DNA of 32,000 bases from Candidatus Saccharimonadota bacterium (lineage in GTDB: Bacteria; Patescibacteriota; Gracilibacteria; UBA4473): contig OY781871.1 of the NCBI GenBank assembly GCA_963677105.1, forward strand, positions 870,001 through 902,000. The letters are read 5' to 3'. Shown one piece after another: positions 8,504-17,440 of the stretch (within the stretch, counting starts at the first letter, position 1; each line of letters starts with the position of its first letter). Below the pieces are notes generated by a model, which saw only the letters and a program-made list of their open reading frames with translations, was not told the DNA's origin and did not search any database. The position numbers and the translations under genes were made by a program.

Positions 8504-8665
8504 ATGGGGAAAAATGAAATAACAAAAGATACTTTGTTGAAGGCTCAGGATGGAGTAGCTTTGATAAAAGAAAAAGTGATGGTCATTTGTGAAGAACTCA
8601 GTTCTTCTGATTTCAGCAAACAGGAAAAGGGATTGAAATATTACAATCTCTTACAGAAGAAGTGA
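8504..8665 (+). CDS. Small orphan protein (53 aa), below the cutoff of the ORF track
   Basis: It runs from ATG 8504 to TGA 8663-8665 and translates as MGKNEITKDTLLKAQDGVALIKEKVMVICEELSSSDFSKQEKGLKYYNLLQKK. Its stop overlaps the GTG start of the next ORF (GTGA). Confidence 0.45.
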   Translation: MGKNEITKDTLLKAQDGVALIKEKVMVICEELSSSDFSKQEKGLKYYNLLQKK

Positions 8666-9039
8666 AAAAGATTGTGGAAGATGTCCTATTAACTGATCTG
8701 GGGAAAATAAGAAGGGCGTTAAAAGAAATAGACAATCTTACTGGACACGCGATTGATGCGGAATTATGTAATAATTGGAGCAGATTGCCAAAACCGATTC
8801 AAGAAATGTTGGTCGCCGTATCAGAGGATATTTCTTTGGGAATAGAAAATAAGGTTTTTTTAATGAATGTGTCTCGAGATATAGGATGTCTTCATTTAAA
8901 CTCTACTGTTAAGTTGATTTTGAATAAAATCACGAAAGGAAGAATGTGTGGAGGAGAATTGAAACTTGAGAAACATACTGAAACAGCAAAGGAAATAATA
9001 AAAAAGTATAAAGAAATAAAAAAAATGTCAGCAGCATAA
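8662..9039 (+). CDS. Orphan protein (125 aa)
   Basis: The GTG start overlaps the upstream stop. That frame has no ATG upstream after the stop at 8608. I recognise no domain. Confidence 0.6.
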   Translation: MKKIVEDVLLTDLGKIRRALKEIDNLTGHAIDAELCNNWSRLPKPIQEMLVAVSEDISLGIENKVFLMNVSRDIGCLHLNSTVKLILNKITKGRMCGGELKLEKHTETAKEIIKKYKEIKKMSAA

Positions 9040-9060
9040 TAAATTTTCTTTTTCTTTTCA

Positions 9061-9089
9061 TTGCACGACACTCTGTTTCGTCGTACAAT
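9061..9089 (+). promoter_or_regulatory. Candidate promoter: TTGCAC - 17 nt - TACAAT
   Basis: TTGCAC lies at 9061-9066 and TACAAT at 9084-9089. The spacer contains the inverted repeat ACGAC...GTCGT. The element lies 8 nt upstream of the pyrG ATG. Confidence 0.45.
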
Positions 9090-9097
9090 TTCTTTCG

Positions 9098-10708
9098 ATG
9101 AAAGAAACAAAATTTATATTCGTGACAGGAGGAGTTTGTTCTAGTTTAGGAAAAGGGATTGTCGCCAGTTCTACTGCGGCAATTTTAAAATCTGCTGGAG
9201 TGAAAGTTGCAATTATGAAATTGGATCCATACTTGAATGTTGATCCAGGAACAATGAGTCCATTTCAACATGGAGAAGTTTTTGTTTTAGATGATGGAGC
9301 AGAAACAGATTTAGACTTAGGTCATTACGAAAGATTTATTGATACACCACTCAAAAAATTCTGTTCAGTTACGACAGGTCGTATTTATTCAGAAGTTTTG
9401 ACGGAAGAACGAGATGGAAAATATTTAGGAGGAACTATTCAAGTAGTGCCACATATTACTCGAAAAATTCAAGAAAAAGTTGAATTGGCAGCTAAGAAAA
9501 TGGACGTAGATGTGTTAGTGGTAGAGATTGGTGGAACTGTTGGAGATATTGAAGGAGAACCATTTTTGGAAGTATTACGTCAAATGAAAAGAAAACACGG
9601 AGGAAATTTAGTTTCTATGCATTTAACACTTTTGCCGTGGTTACAAGCCTCTGGAGAATTAAAAACAAAACCAACACAAATTTCAGTACGAACATTACGA
9701 ATGGCAGGAATTCAGCCTGATTTTATTTTTGCTCGAGCAGATGTAAAAATTTCAAAGAAAATTTTAAAAAAAATCGCATTTTTCTGTGATGTAGAAGAAG
9801 ATTGCGTAATTCCTTCAGAGACAGTTTCTTCCATTTACGAAGTGCCATTGAGATATCAGAAATTTGGACTTGCAGAAACTTTGGCACGAAAATTAAATAT
9901 TAATGAATTGAAATGTGATTTAGAGGAATGGACAGAGTTAGTGGAAAAAATTAAACGAATCAAGAAGTCTATTACGATTGGATTGGCAGGAAAATATAAT
10001 GAACTCGATGATGCGTATTTATCCGTGATTGAGGCCGTTAAATCAGCAGGATTTCACCATGGAAGAAAAGCGGAAATTGAATGGATAGATACAGAAAAAA
10101 TTGAAGAAAATGATGCGGAGGAATTAGCGAAACTAGAATTAGTTGACGGAATAGTTGTTCCGGGAGGATTTGGAAATCGTGGAATTGAAGGAAAAATTAA
10201 AGTTGCGCAATATTGTCGTGAAAACAAAAAACCGTATTTAGGTTTGTGTTTGGGTTCACAGATTATGGCTATCGAATTTGCACGAAATGTTTTGAAAATT
10301 AAGGATGCTACAAGCGAAGAGTTCGATGAAGAAAATAAGTCAAAAAATCACGTAATACATTTTATTCCAGAGCAACGAGAAATTCGAAAAAAAGGTGGAA
10401 CAATGCGATTAGGAGCATATCCAGCAATTTTACGAAAAGGAACGAAGGTGCAAAAAATATATGAAACAGAAGAAATTTCAGAAAGACATCGTCATCGATT
10501 TGAGTTTAATAATGCGTATCGTGAAGAATTTGAAACAAACGGATTTCGTATTGCAGGAATTTCTCCAGATCATGAATTAGTGGAAGTAGTGGAAATTGAA
10601 GATCATCCATTTATGATTGCATCTCAATTTCATCCAGAGTTTAAATCACGTCCATTGCGTCCACATCCACTTTTCAGAGATTTCATAAGAGTGGTCATCG
10701 AAAAATAA
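9098..10708 (+). CDS. pyrG: CTP synthase
   Basis: The N-terminus KFIFVTGGVCSSLGKG is present, and the glutaminase domain has GLCLGSQ and HRHRFEFN. The length of 536 aa is typical. Confidence 0.97.
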   Translation: MKETKFIFVTGGVCSSLGKGIVASSTAAILKSAGVKVAIMKLDPYLNVDPGTMSPFQHGEVFVLDDGAETDLDLGHYERFIDTPLKKFCSVTTGRIYSEVLTEERDGKYLGGTIQVVPHITRKIQEKVELAAKKMDVDVLVVEIGGTVGDIEGEPFLEVLRQMKRKHGGNLVSMHLTLLPWLQASGELKTKPTQISVRTLRMAGIQPDFIFARADVKISKKILKKIAFFCDVEEDCVIPSETVSSIYEVPLRYQKFGLAETLARKLNINELKCDLEEWTELVEKIKRIKKSITIGLAGKYNELDDAYLSVIEAVKSAGFHHGRKAEIEWIDTEKIEENDAEELAKLELVDGIVVPGGFGNRGIEGKIKVAQYCRENKKPYLGLCLGSQIMAIEFARNVLKIKDATSEEFDEENKSKNHVIHFIPEQREIRKKGGTMRLGAYPAILRKGTKVQKIYETEEISERHRHRFEFNNAYREEFETNGFRIAGISPDHELVEVVEIEDHPFMIASQFHPEFKSRPLRPHPLFRDFIRVVIEK

Positions 10709-10748
10709 ATTTTGCAGCATATGTAATTTTCTGCGAGAATTTATATAA

Positions 10749-11921
10749 ATGGAAGGACAAACAAACAGATATCAGTTCGTAGCGGTAAGTTCAGATGGGA
10801 AAAAAATGTCTGGAACCATTTGGGCTGTAACAGAAGCGGAAGCCCGTCAAAAGATTTCGGAACGAGGATTAGCGTTATTTTCAATTAATGAATTTTCTGC
10901 TGATAAAGCAGCAGTAACTGAAGGATTTCAACAATTTGAGTTTGAAGGAACAGAAGCAAGTGGAAAACCAGTTCATGGAACAATTGAAGCAACAGATTCA
11001 TATGAAGCATATGCAAAATTACGAAAAGATTATGATTTTGATTTAAAGAATGTAATAGATTTGTCAGCAACTCCTGAAGAACGATTAGCATATCAAAAAC
11101 AAGGAATTCCAGCTGAATGGCTTGAGCGTTTTAAAATTGAAAATGGAAAAGATGTTAAAGAGGAAGTAGTTAAAAAAGAAAAAGAAGAACCATTATTATC
11201 AGAGCAAGATCGTGCAGAATTATTATTTTATCAAGAAGAAATTGGACGAGTGACAAAAGACGTAATGGAATTGTTAAAAGAGAATGAAGAGTATATGGAC
11301 GTTGTTGCACGACGTGAAATATTAGATCGTATTAATTTATTATCACGATTGAGACGATCAAACGCAATTGAGCATTTACGAGAATTAACCAAAAAGCTCT
11401 TAAAACAGTTAGGTGATGATAAAATATTTATTGAAGCAGAGGGACTTTCTGAAGAAAAGCAAGCCGAATTATTAGTACGGAAAAATCAATTTGGCGTTTT
11501 TTCACAACAATTAGAAAAAAAAGTAGTTGCAGGATTAGCATCAGTTTCAGTGGGGTTTGCGTCTATTGATAAAGAAAAAGTTAAAGCACAAATTATTCAA
11601 TCAGATCCATTTTTACAAATTGTTAGAGTTTTCTATATAGCAATGGTTTCTTTATTGGGACTTATGGTTGTGTTTTGGGTGGTAAATATTGTTCGTCTAT
11701 TTATAAATTTTTCACAAGGATCAATTTGGTATTCCTTTTCATCACTTATGTTATGGATTTTAACAGGAGTTGCCCTGATCTTTTCTTTTGGTTTATTTCC
11801 CATTTTATATTATTGGAAAACATTATCCTATAAACGTAAATATTTTTTCATTGGGATTTCGATTATAGCGGTGATTTTCTTCCTTTGGTTTTCACCAATG
11901 TTGTTTTGGTGGACACGATAA
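10749..11921 (+). CDS. Membrane protein with two N-terminal GspF/PilC-N-like modules, a coiled-coil linker and three C-terminal TM helices
   Basis: YQFVAVSSDGKKMSGTIWAVTEAEARQKISERGLALFSI and FEFEGTEASGKPVHGTIEATDSYEAYAKLRKDYDF follow the F/Y-x-Y/F-x-A-x-D-x-x-G...G...A-x-S/T...A...L pattern of T2SS/T4P platform-protein N-termini. No canonical T2SSF repeat follows. Confidence 0.6.
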   Translation: MEGQTNRYQFVAVSSDGKKMSGTIWAVTEAEARQKISERGLALFSINEFSADKAAVTEGFQQFEFEGTEASGKPVHGTIEATDSYEAYAKLRKDYDFDLKNVIDLSATPEERLAYQKQGIPAEWLERFKIENGKDVKEEVVKKEKEEPLLSEQDRAELLFYQEEIGRVTKDVMELLKENEEYMDVVARREILDRINLLSRLRRSNAIEHLRELTKKLLKQLGDDKIFIEAEGLSEEKQAELLVRKNQFGVFSQQLEKKVVAGLASVSVGFASIDKEKVKAQIIQSDPFLQIVRVFYIAMVSLLGLMVVFWVVNIVRLFINFSQGSIWYSFSSLMLWILTGVALIFSFGLFPILYYWKTLSYKRKYFFIGISIIAVIFFLWFSPMLFWWTR

Positions 11922-11922
11922 G

Positions 11923-11954
11923 TTTCAAATATCAAAGTACAAACAACAAAGTTT
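11923..11954 (+). repeat. A-rich intergenic repeat family, site C
   Basis: The sequence is TTTCAAATATCAAAGTACAAACAACAAAGTTT, starting 2 nt after the stop at 11921. It is near-identical to site E over about 30 nt. The exact 11-mer lies at 11933-11943. Confidence 0.65.
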
Positions 11955-12079
11955 AAATCGTATACGTTATTGTAATTGCGAGTGAGAAGTTGTTTTGAAA
12001 TGAAGCGAAACAATTTTTTATATTGATTGATAACGAAGAGAAAGTTGCGAAAAATTGTAGGCGCGATACACTCAATGCG

Positions 12080-12826
12080 ATGAATTTTTCACAATTGGGT
12101 TTCGGATTCTTTGTATTAAAAATTAATGGATTGTTACTCAGTATAACTTTTTTTCTTGTTGCGTGGCATTATTTAAAACAAGTATCTTCTAAAAACTTTT
12201 CAACAGAATTTTTAATTCATCATTTTTGGAAATGGATAGTTATTGGTTTATTGGTAGGAAGATGCATGGCATTAATATTAGAACCAGAAATTTTTATAAG
12301 ACATGGAATATGGGCTCCAGCAGTGTTTTGGGACGGAGAAATTGATTTCTGGGGAATGTTGACAGGAGGACTAATGGCAATGGCGTGGGATTTAAAAAAA
12401 CATTCATATTCATTTTTTCGCTGGCTCGATTTAGCGATTCCATCAATTATGATTGGAGTTATTTTAATTGATTTTATTCAATTTTTTACGGGGTCTGTTT
12501 ATGGAACTGAGACTTCTCTTTTTTGGGGAATTCAATATGAAACTTTTGGCGTAGATACATTGGTGGCAGTTCATCCAGTGACATTATATGCTTTAATTCC
12601 TCATATAATATTGCTTAATTGGGCATTAAAAAAACAAATATTGTGGGAGCGTCAGCCAGGAAGACTTTCTTTGATTACAGGATTATGTTTATTTGTGATA
12701 CATTTTTTCCTTGAATTTTTATATGGAAATGCCTCAATTATGGTAGGAGATGCATTGCGTATTGGACAAATTTTTTCACTTACAGCAATAGTTCTGTGTG
12801 TAGTTGGTTTGCTTCGACGGAAATGA
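12080..12826 (+). CDS. Lgt-like polytopic membrane protein (prolipoprotein diacylglyceryl transferase family, divergent)
   Basis: It has multiple TM helices. VFWDGEIDFWGMLTGG resembles the Lgt i-W-x-GG-x-x-x-GG block, and LDLAIPSIMIGVILIDF...GSVYGTETSLFWGI resembles the Lgt D...G-R-x-G-N...G-x-P-T block, but the usual GR/N residues are absent. I prefer the ATG at 12080 over the TTG at 12023. Confidence 0.45.
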   Translation: MNFSQLGFGFFVLKINGLLLSITFFLVAWHYLKQVSSKNFSTEFLIHHFWKWIVIGLLVGRCMALILEPEIFIRHGIWAPAVFWDGEIDFWGMLTGGLMAMAWDLKKHSYSFFRWLDLAIPSIMIGVILIDFIQFFTGSVYGTETSLFWGIQYETFGVDTLVAVHPVTLYALIPHIILLNWALKKQILWERQPGRLSLITGLCLFVIHFFLEFLYGNASIMVGDALRIGQIFSLTAIVLCVVGLLRRK

Positions 12827-12861
12827 TGTGTTAAAAATTACTTGATTGATAATTTTTTAAA

Positions 12862-13233
12862 ATGGATTTTTCTTTACTCTTGACCTCACATTATTATTTT
12901 GACGTAAATCCTGGTGGAGACTTTCTTATTGGGTTTGCATTGTTGGTGTTCTTCATATTTGTTATGTTTTCAGGACGTTTTGCTCGAAGAATGGCACATG
13001 GAAATAAGTATCTTCGAAAATCAATGAAGAAGAAATTTTGGGCATTTCCTTTTTTGGGAATTCTTGGAATTATTTCTGTTTTATCTCGTTTTGGAGGTGT
13101 GCCAGGATTTTCAATGAGAATATTTTTATATGTAATTCTTGTAGGAACGCTGTTGTTGGGAGTTATTATTACACATAAAATTCGTTGTGAATATATGCGT
13201 CGAATTGAGTCAGTATCTCGTATGAAAAAATGA
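12862..13233 (+). CDS. Small integral membrane protein (123 aa)
   Basis: It has three hydrophobic helices separated by basic loops. I recognise no family. Confidence 0.6.
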   Translation: MDFSLLLTSHYYFDVNPGGDFLIGFALLVFFIFVMFSGRFARRMAHGNKYLRKSMKKKFWAFPFLGILGIISVLSRFGGVPGFSMRIFLYVILVGTLLLGVIITHKIRCEYMRRIESVSRMKK

Positions 13234-13281
13234 ACCTCAAAAATCTTTGAGAATATTATATGAACAGGTACACTACAACGG

Positions 13282-14841
13282 ATGAAAAAGACCGCTCAGA
13301 AATATTTAATTATCGGATCGGGTCCATATTCAATTGGTAGCTCGGTAGAGTTTGATTGGTGTGGAGTACAAGTATTGAGAACGCTTCGTCGTCTTGGACA
13401 TGAGACCGTATTTATTAATTCTAATCCAGAGACAGTTTCGACGGATTTTGATGAATGTGATCGATTGTATTTCGAAGAATTAACGGTAGAACGAGTTTTA
13501 GATATTTGTGATCATGAAAAACCGGATGGAGTTATTTTTTCTACGGGAGGACAAATTGCTCAAAATATGGCAGAAGAACTTGAGAAATCAGGAATTAATT
13601 TACTTGGAACATCGGTAGAATCAATTGATCGTTGTGAAGATCGAGAAAAGTTTTCTCAATTGTGTGATGATTTACATATTGATCAGCCACGTTGGGAATG
13701 TTTTTCCGAAATGGAAGATGCATTTGCTTTTGCAAAAGAGGTTGGATTTCCCGTATTGGTTCGTCCTTCATTTGTTCTTTCGGGGGCAGCAATGGCAGTT
13801 GCAATAGATGAGGACAGTTTACAAGAGTTTCTTGAAACAGCGATTGGTACATCAAAAGCAGCAGTAGTTATTTCAAAATTTGAGGAGAATGCAAAAGAGG
13901 TTGAATTTGATGGAGTTGCTCAAAATGGACGCATTATTTGTTCCGCAATTGCAGAGCATATTGAAAATGCTGGAGTTCATTCAGGAGATGCGACAATCGT
14001 TTTACCTCCTCAAAATTTATATCTTGAAACAGTACGTCGTGTACGTCGTATTGCGGGAGAAATAGCGAAAGAATTAAATATTTCAGGACCGTTTAATATT
14101 CAGTTTCTTGCTCGGCACAACGAAATTAAAGTGATTGAATGTAATTTGCGAGCAAGCAGAAGTTTTCCTTTTGCATCAAAAACATTGGGACAAAATTTTA
14201 TTGAACTTGCAACGCGCGTTTTATTGGGTGAGGAAGTCGAATCACAAGAAATAAATCCATTAGATATTTTACGAGTTTGTGTAAAAGCGGCACAATTTTC
14301 TTTTTCTCGTTTAAAAGGAGCAGATCCTGCATTGGGAGTAGAAATGAGTTCTACTGGAGAAGTTGCTTGTTTTGGAGAAACGTTAGAAGAGGCATTTTTA
14401 AAATCACTTATTGCAACAGGATTTCGTGTACCAGAAAAGGGTTCTAAAATATTAGTAACATTGGGAAAATTACGAGATAAAGTTGCATTTCGTCCAGTTG
14501 CAGGAGCATTTTTACGGTTAGGATTTTCTTTAGTTGCCACAGAACGAACCGCAGCATTATTTAATGAACATGGTATTGAGTGTGAAACAGTTGCTAAAAT
14601 TTCTTCTGGAGAGCATCCAAACGTTTCAGAATTGATTGAATCTGGAGAAATTGGATTGGTTATAAATACACCAAATAAATTTTCTCATGAAGAAGTTACT
14701 GATGGATATGGAATTCGTCGTGCAGCGATTGATGCTAATGTTCCGCTTATAATTAATTTGCAAGCAGCGAAGTTATTGGCTCAAACGCTTGAAAAGTTTC
14801 CAACAGCGGAATCACTCCCGATTCAGCCGTACAGAAAATAA
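13282..14841 (+). CDS. Half-size carbamoyl-phosphate synthase large-subunit homologue: second ATP-grasp half plus MGS-like C-terminal domain only
   Basis: By eye it aligns along its whole length to the C-terminal half of CarB/CPS. Matching motifs are GSGPYSIGSSVEFDW, NSNPETVSTDFD, VRPSFVLSGAAM, HIENAGVHSGD, IECNLRASRSFPF, QFSFSRL and VEMSSTGEV, followed by an MGS-like tail. It is 519 aa, against about 1070 aa for full CarB. Confidence 0.85.
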   Translation: MKKTAQKYLIIGSGPYSIGSSVEFDWCGVQVLRTLRRLGHETVFINSNPETVSTDFDECDRLYFEELTVERVLDICDHEKPDGVIFSTGGQIAQNMAEELEKSGINLLGTSVESIDRCEDREKFSQLCDDLHIDQPRWECFSEMEDAFAFAKEVGFPVLVRPSFVLSGAAMAVAIDEDSLQEFLETAIGTSKAAVVISKFEENAKEVEFDGVAQNGRIICSAIAEHIENAGVHSGDATIVLPPQNLYLETVRRVRRIAGEIAKELNISGPFNIQFLARHNEIKVIECNLRASRSFPFASKTLGQNFIELATRVLLGEEVESQEINPLDILRVCVKAAQFSFSRLKGADPALGVEMSSTGEVACFGETLEEAFLKSLIATGFRVPEKGSKILVTLGKLRDKVAFRPVAGAFLRLGFSLVATERTAALFNEHGIECETVAKISSGEHPNVSELIESGEIGLVINTPNKFSHEEVTDGYGIRRAAIDANVPLIINLQAAKLLAQTLEKFPTAESLPIQPYRK

Positions 14842-14844
14842 GGG

Positions 14845-14869
14845 TCAAAGTACAAATATCAAATTACAG
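14845..14869 (+). repeat. A-rich intergenic repeat family, site D
   Basis: The sequence is TCAAAGTACAAATATCAAATTACAG, starting 3 nt after the stop at 14841. The exact 11-mer lies at 14846-14856. Confidence 0.6.
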
Positions 14870-14892
14870 ATATGAAAGATTTTTTATAGATC

Positions 14893-15306
14893 TTATTTTA
14901 TATTTTGACGAAAAAAAGGATCAAGCCAGCATTCAATGTCTAAGGCAAGAACAAAGAGCACAATTGCAAACGGAATAGCCCAATGAGAGTTAGCAATCAT
15001 TAGAATTCCCATAAAGACAAGAGAAAGTCCATGCATTATTGTAAGAAATATTGGTGCCCATTTTTTTCCAAACCAAAGACCACGGATTACAAAAAAGGAA
15101 ATACAAACAGAGATAATGAGAGGAATAATGATTGTTAAATTAATAGCAGAAATTACTACAAAATTCGGATTAAATTGGCTGAGCCACGTTCCAAACCATT
15201 CATTCATTACTAGCAATAAAAAGAGGAGAATTATGTTTATCAGCAGTTTCAAACTTCCCAAAGCTATAAGAAAAAGGGCTTGCCACGGACGAGATATATT
15301 GTTCAT
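14893..15306 (-). CDS. Integral membrane protein (137 aa, about 4 TM)
   Basis: It is hydrophobic throughout. I recognise no family. Confidence 0.6.
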   Translation of the reverse strand: MNNISRPWQALFLIALGSLKLLINIILLFLLLVMNEWFGTWLSQFNPNFVVISAINLTIIIPLIISVCISFFVIRGLWFGKKWAPIFLTIMHGLSLVFMGILMIANSHWAIPFAIVLFVLALDIECWLDPFFRQNIK

Positions 15307-15348
15307 CTTTCAAATTCTAACAAAAGATTCTTTTCGTATCAAAAAGAC

Positions 15349-15377
15349 TTGAAAAAAAAGGTATTTTAGAGTATAAT
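15349..15377 (+). promoter_or_regulatory. Promoter: TTGAAA - 17 nt - TATAAT
   Basis: TTGAAA lies at 15349-15354 and TATAAT at 15372-15377, 23 nt upstream of the ATG at 15401. There is no SD in between. Confidence 0.55.
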
Positions 15378-15400
15378 CCCAAGAATTTTATATAAAAAAT

Positions 15401-16363
15401 ATGTTATTCATTAATACAGTATCAGCTGCTTCTGCCTCAAAAGTAGTAGAAGAAAGCTCAGGAATTCTTACGAATATCATGGGAATGATTCCATTGATCA
15501 TATCGGCTATTGCTGTTTTGATTGCGACATTAATTTTAGCGAAATTTGTTAAAGGAGTCGTTATATTGCGTTTAAGTAAAAAGGATTTGAATCGTGAAGT
15601 ATTGATTTTGATCGGACGTATTACAACCTATGGAATAGTATTTTTCGGACTTTTAGCTGCCACAGAAATTGTGGGATTAAATTTTGGATCACTTATTGCA
15701 TTTCTTGGAGTTGGAATTGGTTTCGCGCTCAAAGATCTACTTTCGAACTTTATTGCTGGAATAATGATTTTGACTCAAAAGAAATTTAAAATCGGTGATG
15801 CTATTAAAATAGGAGATATTTTAGGGAAAATTGTTGAAATTGAAACAAGAACTACTCAAATAAAGAGTTTTGATGGAACACTATTGATTATTCCAAATGC
15901 ACAAATGATCACAGCAGTGATTGAAAACTTTTCTGCGAATGCAATGCGTCGTGTGAAATTTGATGTAGGAGTGAGCTATAGTACACCATTACAAGAATCA
16001 ATTCAGTTAGCAATTGCTTCTGTAAAAAAACACCAGAAAGTTATGCCAGAGCCAGTAACAAATGTTGTTGCAACAGAGTTTGGAGATTCATCCATTAATT
16101 TAAAAGTTCTCTTTTGGGTGGAATCAGATGCTCCTTGGATACAAATAAAATCAGAAGTTATTCAACAATTGAAACTTGATTTTGATGCAGCAGGTATTGA
16201 AATTCCATTTCCAATTCGAACGATTGCGTTGGAATCAAATGACGATAATTTGATGCAAGCAATGAATTTACCGAAAAAAGAGCGGAAACAAATCGTTGTG
16301 CCATCTTCATCAAAAGTTACAGAACCAGTTCTCACGCCAGAACAAGCGCCTGCTTCTGTTTAA
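15401..16363 (+). CDS. Small-conductance mechanosensitive channel (MscS family)
   Basis: TM helices are followed by the MscS beta-domain signature KIGDAIKIGDILGKIVEIETRTTQIKSFDGTLLIIPNAQ. Confidence 0.88.
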   Translation: MLFINTVSAASASKVVEESSGILTNIMGMIPLIISAIAVLIATLILAKFVKGVVILRLSKKDLNREVLILIGRITTYGIVFFGLLAATEIVGLNFGSLIAFLGVGIGFALKDLLSNFIAGIMILTQKKFKIGDAIKIGDILGKIVEIETRTTQIKSFDGTLLIIPNAQMITAVIENFSANAMRRVKFDVGVSYSTPLQESIQLAIASVKKHQKVMPEPVTNVVATEFGDSSINLKVLFWVESDAPWIQIKSEVIQQLKLDFDAAGIEIPFPIRTIALESNDDNLMQAMNLPKKERKQIVVPSSSKVTEPVLTPEQAPASV

Positions 16364-16377
16364 TTAAACAAGGAAAA

Positions 16378-16403
16378 GAAGGTGAACAGTTACGAACACC
16401 TTC
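16378..16403. terminator. Hairpin between convergent genes (possible bidirectional terminator)
   Basis: GAAGGTG (16378-16384) pairs with CACCTTC (16397-16403) across a 12-nt loop. The T-tract is weak. Confidence 0.45.
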
Positions 16404-16420
16404 AGTTTGGCAAGAATAGA

Positions 16421-17194
16421 TTAAAGTTGAGAGAGCAAGTTTCTTATGGCCTTCGCCACAGTTGGAACATACTCTGAGAATTGCTGACCATATTCATAAT
16501 CAGTTTTAATAAATTGGTTTTTGATGTTAAGTGCCAACAAGGCTTTCTTTTTGGCCTTGATTTGGTTTTGAATATTTTGTTTCCACTCTTTATGTTTTTG
16601 GTCGTCCGAATTTCGAATATCTCGAGGAATATCATATTCGGCGCTCCAATCATCATATTGAGTGCGAACATTGTTACTCCAAAGGAAAGTAGATTCCTTC
16701 AAAGCGTCAATATCCTGGAGAAGTTGGAGTCTTTGATCCCAGAAGCTTTTGGAGAACTCTCCTTCCAGGTTTTTCAACAATATTGTGAGATCATTTTTTA
16801 CGCGATCTTCACAGAGAAAAATCTGAATTCCTTCTACAACGAAGGGGGTGAGTTTTCCTGAAAGTGATGATAGTCTCGTGGTAGAGAGTGACTTAAAGCT
16901 TTGAAGTGCATCATTATGGCTTCCGCCATTTTCTTGACCAACTCCAGCAAGAAAACAGCCAAAGTATTCATTAATAAATCCATGACCTTGATCCGGTCTA
17001 TCGGCGTAGTATTCATTGATTACGTAAAACCCAGTCACGTGTTCCATGTATCGATCGGTTGTGTGTGCATACTGATCTACTGCATGGAAAACGTTATAGA
17101 GCTTTGTAAAACTCCAGTTAAACCGAAACTCTTCTGCCAACAATCCTACGGCCAACAGACTCAAAATGAGCCCTGTGATAACTAATTTTTTCAT
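16421..17194 (-). CDS. Secreted or membrane-anchored orphan protein (257 aa from the preferred start)
   Basis: I prefer the ATG at 17194 (MKKLVITGLILSLLAVGLLA signal-like helix), preceded by AGGAGGT with a 4-nt spacer. The tracked 20-codon upstream extension is unlikely. Confidence 0.7.
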   Translation of the reverse strand: MKKLVITGLILSLLAVGLLAEEFRFNWSFTKLYNVFHAVDQYAHTTDRYMEHVTGFYVINEYYADRPDQGHGFINEYFGCFLAGVGQENGGSHNDALQSFKSLSTTRLSSLSGKLTPFVVEGIQIFLCEDRVKNDLTILLKNLEGEFSKSFWDQRLQLLQDIDALKESTFLWSNNVRTQYDDWSAEYDIPRDIRNSDDQKHKEWKQNIQNQIKAKKKALLALNIKNQFIKTDYEYGQQFSEYVPTVAKAIRNLLSQL

Positions 17195-17440
17195 ACGACC
17201 TCCTACGTCGCGCCCTTTTGGGCTTTTTATATTTTGACTGAAATTTCTAGCCAATTTCCAATTGATTACTACAAATCAACTAAAAATTGACTAGAAATTT
17301 TTAATTTCTCAATTTTTAATCCGTCTTGTGAAAGAGCATTCATACAGTAATATTCAGACAAGAATTTTATATATGAAAATGCATAATGTTTTTAACACAA
17401 AATACATAAATTGTCAACGAAATAAATATGAAATGTTATT

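Noticed and set aside
13236-13251. A small hairpin, CTCAAA-aatc-TTTGAG, lies between the 123-aa membrane gene and the carB-half.
   Set aside because: It is a 6-bp AT-rich stem without a T-tract. That is too weak to call a terminator or attenuator.
16421-17194. I considered whether the orphan gene next to the tRNA scars is a compositionally foreign island cargo gene.
   Set aside because: My hand counts of three 100-nt stretches gave about 35-43% GC. That is not clearly different from housekeeping genes here (about 35-38%), so composition alone does not support recent transfer. Only the strong SD is atypical.
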